64,000 nt of DNA, taken from an uncultured Verrucomicrobiae bacterium. Its GTDB lineage: Bacteria > Verrucomicrobiota > Verrucomicrobiia > Limisphaerales > Palsa-1400. Below are positions 59,744-64,000 of this stretch, in pieces. Position numbers and translations under genes: made by a program. Position 1 is the stretch's first letter; each line of letters begins with the position of its first letter. Location: positions 3,328,001 through 3,392,000 of the forward strand of contig CAVXRD010000002.1 in NCBI GenBank assembly GCA_963764165.1, read 5' to 3'. The notes under the pieces were generated by a model that was given only the letters and a program-made list of their open reading frames with translations, was not told where the DNA came from and ran no database searches.

Positions 59744-60330
59744 ATGCCAACACACTCATTCTCGCTTCCGCTTCGCCCCGCCGAAAAGAATTGCTCGAAG
59801 GCTTGGGATTGGAATTTCAAGTCATTCCCACCGGCGTCGAAGAATCGCAGGGCGAACATCTGACCGCCACGGAAACCGCCCAGCTCAACGCCTACCGCAA
59901 AGCCCGCGCCATCGCGAAAAAATATCCCGACGCCGTCGTGCTGGGAGTGGATACCGTAGTGGCGCTCGGCAGCCGGATGTTTGGCAAACCTGCGACTTTG
60001 AAGGACGCCGAGGAAATGATCTTCACATTGCAAGGGACGACGCATCGCGTCGTCAGCGGCGTTTGCCTGGTCCATCTGCGGATGCATCGGCAGAAAATGT
60101 TTTTTGACGAAACCGTCGTCACCTTCCGCGCGCTGACGCGCGAGCAAATTCGCTCCTACATTTCCGAAGTCAATCCGCTGGACAAAGCGGGCGGCTACGG
60201 CATCCAGGAAAAGGGGGATGAGCTGGTGCAAATCATTTCCGGCTCGTTTACCAATGTCGTCGGCATGCCGATGGAACGCCTTGTGCCGGAGCTGGCGGAA
60301 TTCGACATTCACGCGCCCCTGCGTACCTGA
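59740..60330 (+). CDS. maf: Maf-family nucleoside triphosphate pyrophosphatase
   Basis: ILASASPRR.ELL, KA, DTVV, GKP, DKAGGYGIQ, NVVG.P. Confidence 0.94.
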   Translation: MNANTLILASASPRRKELLEGLGLEFQVIPTGVEESQGEHLTATETAQLNAYRKARAIAKKYPDAVVLGVDTVVALGSRMFGKPATLKDAEEMIFTLQGTTHRVVSGVCLVHLRMHRQKMFFDETVVTFRALTREQIRSYISEVNPLDKAGGYGIQEKGDELVQIISGSFTNVVGMPMERLVPELAEFDIHAPLRT

Positions 60331-60504
60331 GAACAGCATGACTCCCGCGAGGAAAACCATCCATTCCGGCAGGGCGAGACCCGGTCGAGCCCTGATTTTT
60401 TCTCCGCATCCGCGTGAAGCAAATTCGGCATCGAAGAACGCATGATCATCCAAAAAACAGCCACGGCTCGACGGAGTCTCGACCTGCCCCAAAAGGGTTG
60501 AACC

Positions 60505-61305
60505 ATGCGGAAATACTGGCACGTCGTCAAAATCGGCTTTGAAAGCACCCTGGTCTACCGGGTGAATTTTCTTTTTCGCGCCGGCTTCAGCTTGATTCCG
60601 CTGCTGGCCACGATTTACCTCTGGCAAACCATCTACGCCGGGCAAAGCACCCAGGTCGGCAATTACAGCCTGGCGGGAATGATTTCGTATTATCTGCTGG
60701 TGACAATTGTTGACACATTGACGGCGGTGAGCGAGGACGATTGGCAGATCGCGGCCGACATCAAGGATGGCAACATCAGCCAGTTTCTGCTCAAGCCCAT
60801 TGATTACTTGACATACCGCATTTGCCTTTTTTTCTCCGGCAAAATTATTTTCACCGCGGTCTCGATGATTCCCGTCGGGATTTTTATTTATTGCCTGCGC
60901 AAATATCTGGTGGCTCCCGCGGGGATGGTGTCGATGATTTGTTTCATCGCGACGACGATTCTGGCCGCGCTGCTGCAGTTCTTCATGTCCTATACCATGG
61001 CGCTGCTCGCCTTCTGGCTCCTTGAGGTTTCCACCGTGATATTCATCGCATTTGCGTTCGAGTATCTCGCGGGCGGGCATGTGTTCCCGTTGAATATTCT
61101 GCCGCCTCTCATGGAGCAAATTTTGAATTGCACGCCATTTCCGTATCTTTTGTTTTTTCCGGTGAGCATTTACCTGGGGCAGGTTCATGGCGCGGATTTG
61201 TGGCGCGGAATGCTGATTCAAGCGGCATGGGTTCTTTTTTTCTACGGTCTGGCGCGCTGTGTCTGGTCGCGCGGCATCCGCAAGTATTCCGCAGCCGGAG
61301 GGTAA
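60505..61305 (+). CDS. ABC-2 family (DUF990-type) transporter permease
   Basis: YR.NF, I..DIKDG.I...LLKP, G..FPL...P, PF......P motifs; about 6 TMs. Confidence 0.85.
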   Translation: MRKYWHVVKIGFESTLVYRVNFLFRAGFSLIPLLATIYLWQTIYAGQSTQVGNYSLAGMISYYLLVTIVDTLTAVSEDDWQIAADIKDGNISQFLLKPIDYLTYRICLFFSGKIIFTAVSMIPVGIFIYCLRKYLVAPAGMVSMICFIATTILAALLQFFMSYTMALLAFWLLEVSTVIFIAFAFEYLAGGHVFPLNILPPLMEQILNCTPFPYLLFFPVSIYLGQVHGADLWRGMLIQAAWVLFFYGLARCVWSRGIRKYSAAGG

Positions 61306-61308
61306 AGC

Positions 61309-62133
61309 ATGACCAACGCAACTGCCAAACAGACTTCGTGGTGGCGGCGTTACGCTGCGATTTACGCGGCGTTATGGCGCAATTCGGTGGCGCGTGAAAT
61401 GGGGTTCAAAAGCAATTTCCTGATGTGGATCATCGTCGAATTGCTCTGGTTTGGCCTTCAGCTTTCATTCATCGGCGTAATTTACCTGCACACCGATCAC
61501 ATCGCGACCTGGTCCAAATGGCAGGTCGTGCTGCTGGTTGGAGCGAGTCATTTCATCCAGCAAATTTTCCAGGCCGTTTTTCTCTCAAACTGTGTGCAGT
61601 TCTCGGATCTGGTTCGCACCGGGCGGCTGGATTTCATGCTTCTGCTGCCGATGAACCCGCGCTTTCTCGTTTCGCTGCGGGTGGTGGATTTGGGAGGATT
61701 CGTCAACGCGGCCTCCGCGCTGGGCGTCATGATTTATGCGGCAGCGCAGCTTCATTTGATTCCGAGCGCGGCGCGCGTTCTCGGATTTTTCCTGCTGTGC
61801 CTCGCCGGCATTCTCATTCACTACTCGCTGATGTTCATGCTCACGAGCATCGCTTTTTGGACGGTTCGGGCGCAGGGAATCGTCTGGGGATACTACAGTT
61901 TTTTCAACATCGCGCGGCTGCCGGACGCGGCGTTCAAAGGAGCATTCAAAGCATTCTTCACCTTCGCCATTCCCATGCTGCTGGTGGCAAATGTTCCCGC
62001 GAAATTGCTGCTGAACGAAATTGCCTCCCCCAAGCCGATGCTGCTGCTGGCGGGGATGGGAGCGGGCTGCTTTGCGCTTTCGGAACTTTTCTGGCGCTGC
62101 TCGCTTCGCAAGTACACCAGCGCGAGCGCGTGA
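61309..62133 (+). CDS. ABC-2 family (DUF990-type) transporter permease, second subunit
   Basis: VRTG.LD..LL.P, P....ANVPA, C-terminal W...LRKYTSA. Confidence 0.85.
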   Translation: MTNATAKQTSWWRRYAAIYAALWRNSVAREMGFKSNFLMWIIVELLWFGLQLSFIGVIYLHTDHIATWSKWQVVLLVGASHFIQQIFQAVFLSNCVQFSDLVRTGRLDFMLLLPMNPRFLVSLRVVDLGGFVNAASALGVMIYAAAQLHLIPSAARVLGFFLLCLAGILIHYSLMFMLTSIAFWTVRAQGIVWGYYSFFNIARLPDAAFKGAFKAFFTFAIPMLLVANVPAKLLLNEIASPKPMLLLAGMGAGCFALSELFWRCSLRKYTSASA

Positions 62134-62426
62134 GGCGCCCACGTTTGGTTCTTCGCTGTTTTGGAGGAGCGCGGATTTGCGCTGTGTTCCTCTGCGCATT
62201 GGTCTTCTCCGCGCGAAAGCTCCTTTCCATCTGAGGCATCAACGATCTGCGCGGTGATCCCATTTAACAAGGCAGCTTTTGCAAACCACGTTCCAAGGCG
62301 GGTTCACCACTCGCCTTTTTCAGCTTTGATTTGATCCGTGTTAGTCTGCGTCCATCTGCGGCTTGGTCCGTCTGCGAGTCCGTTTTGAATTGATCTTCAC
62401 GGCGGGCGGCCTACGCTGATAGGCGC

Positions 62427-63131
62427 ATGTTTGAGCCGAGTGAATTGTTTGATCTCTCCAAGACCGAGCACGCCGCGCTTTTCGCAGATTGCAAGTTTGC
62501 CTGGGACGCCTTGGCGAAAATCGGCCCGTATCTTCAAGAATTTGCGGCGCATAAACTTTTAAACCGCTGCGTGGGCCGCGCCTTTATCGGCGAGAAAGTC
62601 TCCATCGGCGAAGGCACGGTGCTCGAGGATGGCGTTATGATTATCGGCCCGGCAGTCATTGGTCGAAATTGCCAGATTCGGCACAATGCCTACATCCGGC
62701 AAAATGTCATCGTTGGCGATGATTGCGTCGTGGGCAACGCAACGGAATTGAAGAACGCCGTCCTATTCAACAAAGCCCAGGCGCCGCATTTCAATTATAT
62801 CGGCGACTCAATTCTGGGATTCAAAGCGCACCTCGGCGCGGGCGTGAAGATCTCCAATTTCAAACTATTCCCGGGCAACATCACGGTGGAGATCGACGGC
62901 CAGCCGTTCGACACCGGATTGCGAAAATTCGGCGCGATGGTTGGCGACAATTGCGAAGTGGGCTGCAACGCCGTGCTGAGCCCCGGCAGTGTTCTGGGGC
63001 GCGGCTCAGTGGTTTATCCGAACGTGACGTGGCGCGGAGTTTTGGAGGAGCGCATGATTGTCAAGAACAAGGCCGAACAGGAGATCGCGCCCCTGCGCGC
63101 GCGCGGGCCGGTGGCCGGAGAGAAGTCATGA
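62427..63131 (+). CDS. Hexapeptide-repeat (GlmU C-terminal-like) acyltransferase
   Basis: GP..IG.NC.IRH.AYIR, GN..ELKN, PHFNY.GDS.LG...HLGAG, RK.GA..GD..E.GCN.VL.PG; no nucleotidyltransferase domain. Confidence 0.85.
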   Translation: MFEPSELFDLSKTEHAALFADCKFAWDALAKIGPYLQEFAAHKLLNRCVGRAFIGEKVSIGEGTVLEDGVMIIGPAVIGRNCQIRHNAYIRQNVIVGDDCVVGNATELKNAVLFNKAQAPHFNYIGDSILGFKAHLGAGVKISNFKLFPGNITVEIDGQPFDTGLRKFGAMVGDNCEVGCNAVLSPGSVLGRGSVVYPNVTWRGVLEERMIVKNKAEQEIAPLRARGPVAGEKS

Positions 63132-64000
63132 TCAGCCTGGTGGAGCCGGAGCCGGCGGGCGCTTCGCCCGGATTGGCAACCCAGGTGGAGGAAATTTTTT
63201 CGCCCACCGGGATTCTCTCCAAATCGCGCAATTTCGAATACCGCCCGCAGCAGCAGGAAATGGCCGTGGCGGTGGCCCGCGCGCTGGAGGCGGGGGACAA
63301 TCTCATCGTGGAAGCCGGAACGGGCGTCGGCAAGAGCCTGGCCTATTTGATTCCATCGATTCTCTTCGCGGTGGCGAAACGCAAGAAAGCCATCATCTCC
63401 ACCCACACCATCAATTTGCAGGAGCAGCTCATCCAAAAAGATTTGCCGATGCTCGCGCAAATTCTGCCGGTGAAATTTCAGTTTACGATGCTCAAGGGCC
63501 GGCATAATTACCTTTGCACACGCCGCCTGGCAAAAGTGCGGCATCAAGCCGATAACCTTTTCACCTCGCCGGACATGGCGGAATTGCAGCGCATCGAGGA
63601 GTGGGCCCAAAAAACGGAGGACGGCAGCCTTTCCGATTTTGATGTCGAGCCGCCGCCCAACGTCTGGCAGCAGGTTTGTTCCGAGCGCGGATTGTGCAGC
63701 CCGCGCCAATGCGGCCACACCTCCGATTTTGTGAAGATCGGAGGGCAGGTCTGTTTTTACCAGCGCGCCCGCAGCGACATGCTGGCGGCGGATGTTCTGG
63801 TGCTCAATCACACGCTGTTCTTTACATTGCTCGGCAGCCAGGAAGAGGAGCCCAGGGGCGGCATCCTGCTCAAAAATGATTTCGCGGTTTTCGACGAAGC
63901 GCACACCGTCGAGCGGGTCGCCTCCGGGCACATCGGCCTCAGCGTGACCCACGCGCAACTCCGCTACAGCCTCCAGCGGCTGTGGCATCCGAAGACCAAG
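63128..64000 (+). CDS. DinG/YoaA family ATP-dependent helicase (partial, runs off the window)
   Basis: FEYRPQQ.EMA, EAGTGVGKSLAYL.P, ST.TINLQEQL..KD.P, KGR.NYLC, Cys cluster, NH.L, DEAH. Absent from the ORF track because there is no stop in the window. Confidence 0.92.
   Translation, partial: MISLVEPEPAGASPGLATQVEEIFSPTGILSKSRNFEYRPQQQEMAVAVARALEAGDNLIVEAGTGVGKSLAYLIPSILFAVAKRKKAIISTHTINLQEQLIQKDLPMLAQILPVKFQFTMLKGRHNYLCTRRLAKVRHQADNLFTSPDMAELQRIEEWAQKTEDGSLSDFDVEPPPNVWQQVCSERGLCSPRQCGHTSDFVKIGGQVCFYQRARSDMLAADVLVLNHTLFFTLLGSQEEEPRGGILLKNDFAVFDEAHTVERVASGHIGLSVTHAQLRYSLQRLWHPKTK

Overview
GC-rich bacterial chromosomal window, probably Verrucomicrobiota subdivision 3. This is an inference from a prepilin/H-X9-DG protein, an Ig/LamG surface protein with a C-terminal FYRL tail, and a PQQ-propeller protein. 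From about 5.8 kb onward it is mostly core and accessory metabolism: cdaA, folP, sodA, pckG, serA, argBDF, dapF, maf, a partial DinG helicase, a two-component/RND efflux cluster, a Tat GH116, and a divergent ketosynthase co-transcribed with two histidine kinases. That stretch also holds one intact IS5-family element and several families of REP-like palindromes. The most unusual part is 1-5.8 kb, a nested cassette-accretion locus. Six copies of a terminus motif (AAAAGTGCAAAAAGTG...ACAC; five end in ACAC) form two converging arrays. Each copy is followed directly by new DNA: a toxin-antitoxin module, a 5'-truncated low-GC toxin/immunity-like pair, or a re-copy of the 3' end of the upstream gene (hicA or cdaR). 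No cognate recombinase is in the window. Two related MITEs with co-varying internal stems flank cdaR, and one has its empty site in the same window. No rRNA, tRNA or CRISPR array was seen. All product calls come from motif recognition, not from database searches.
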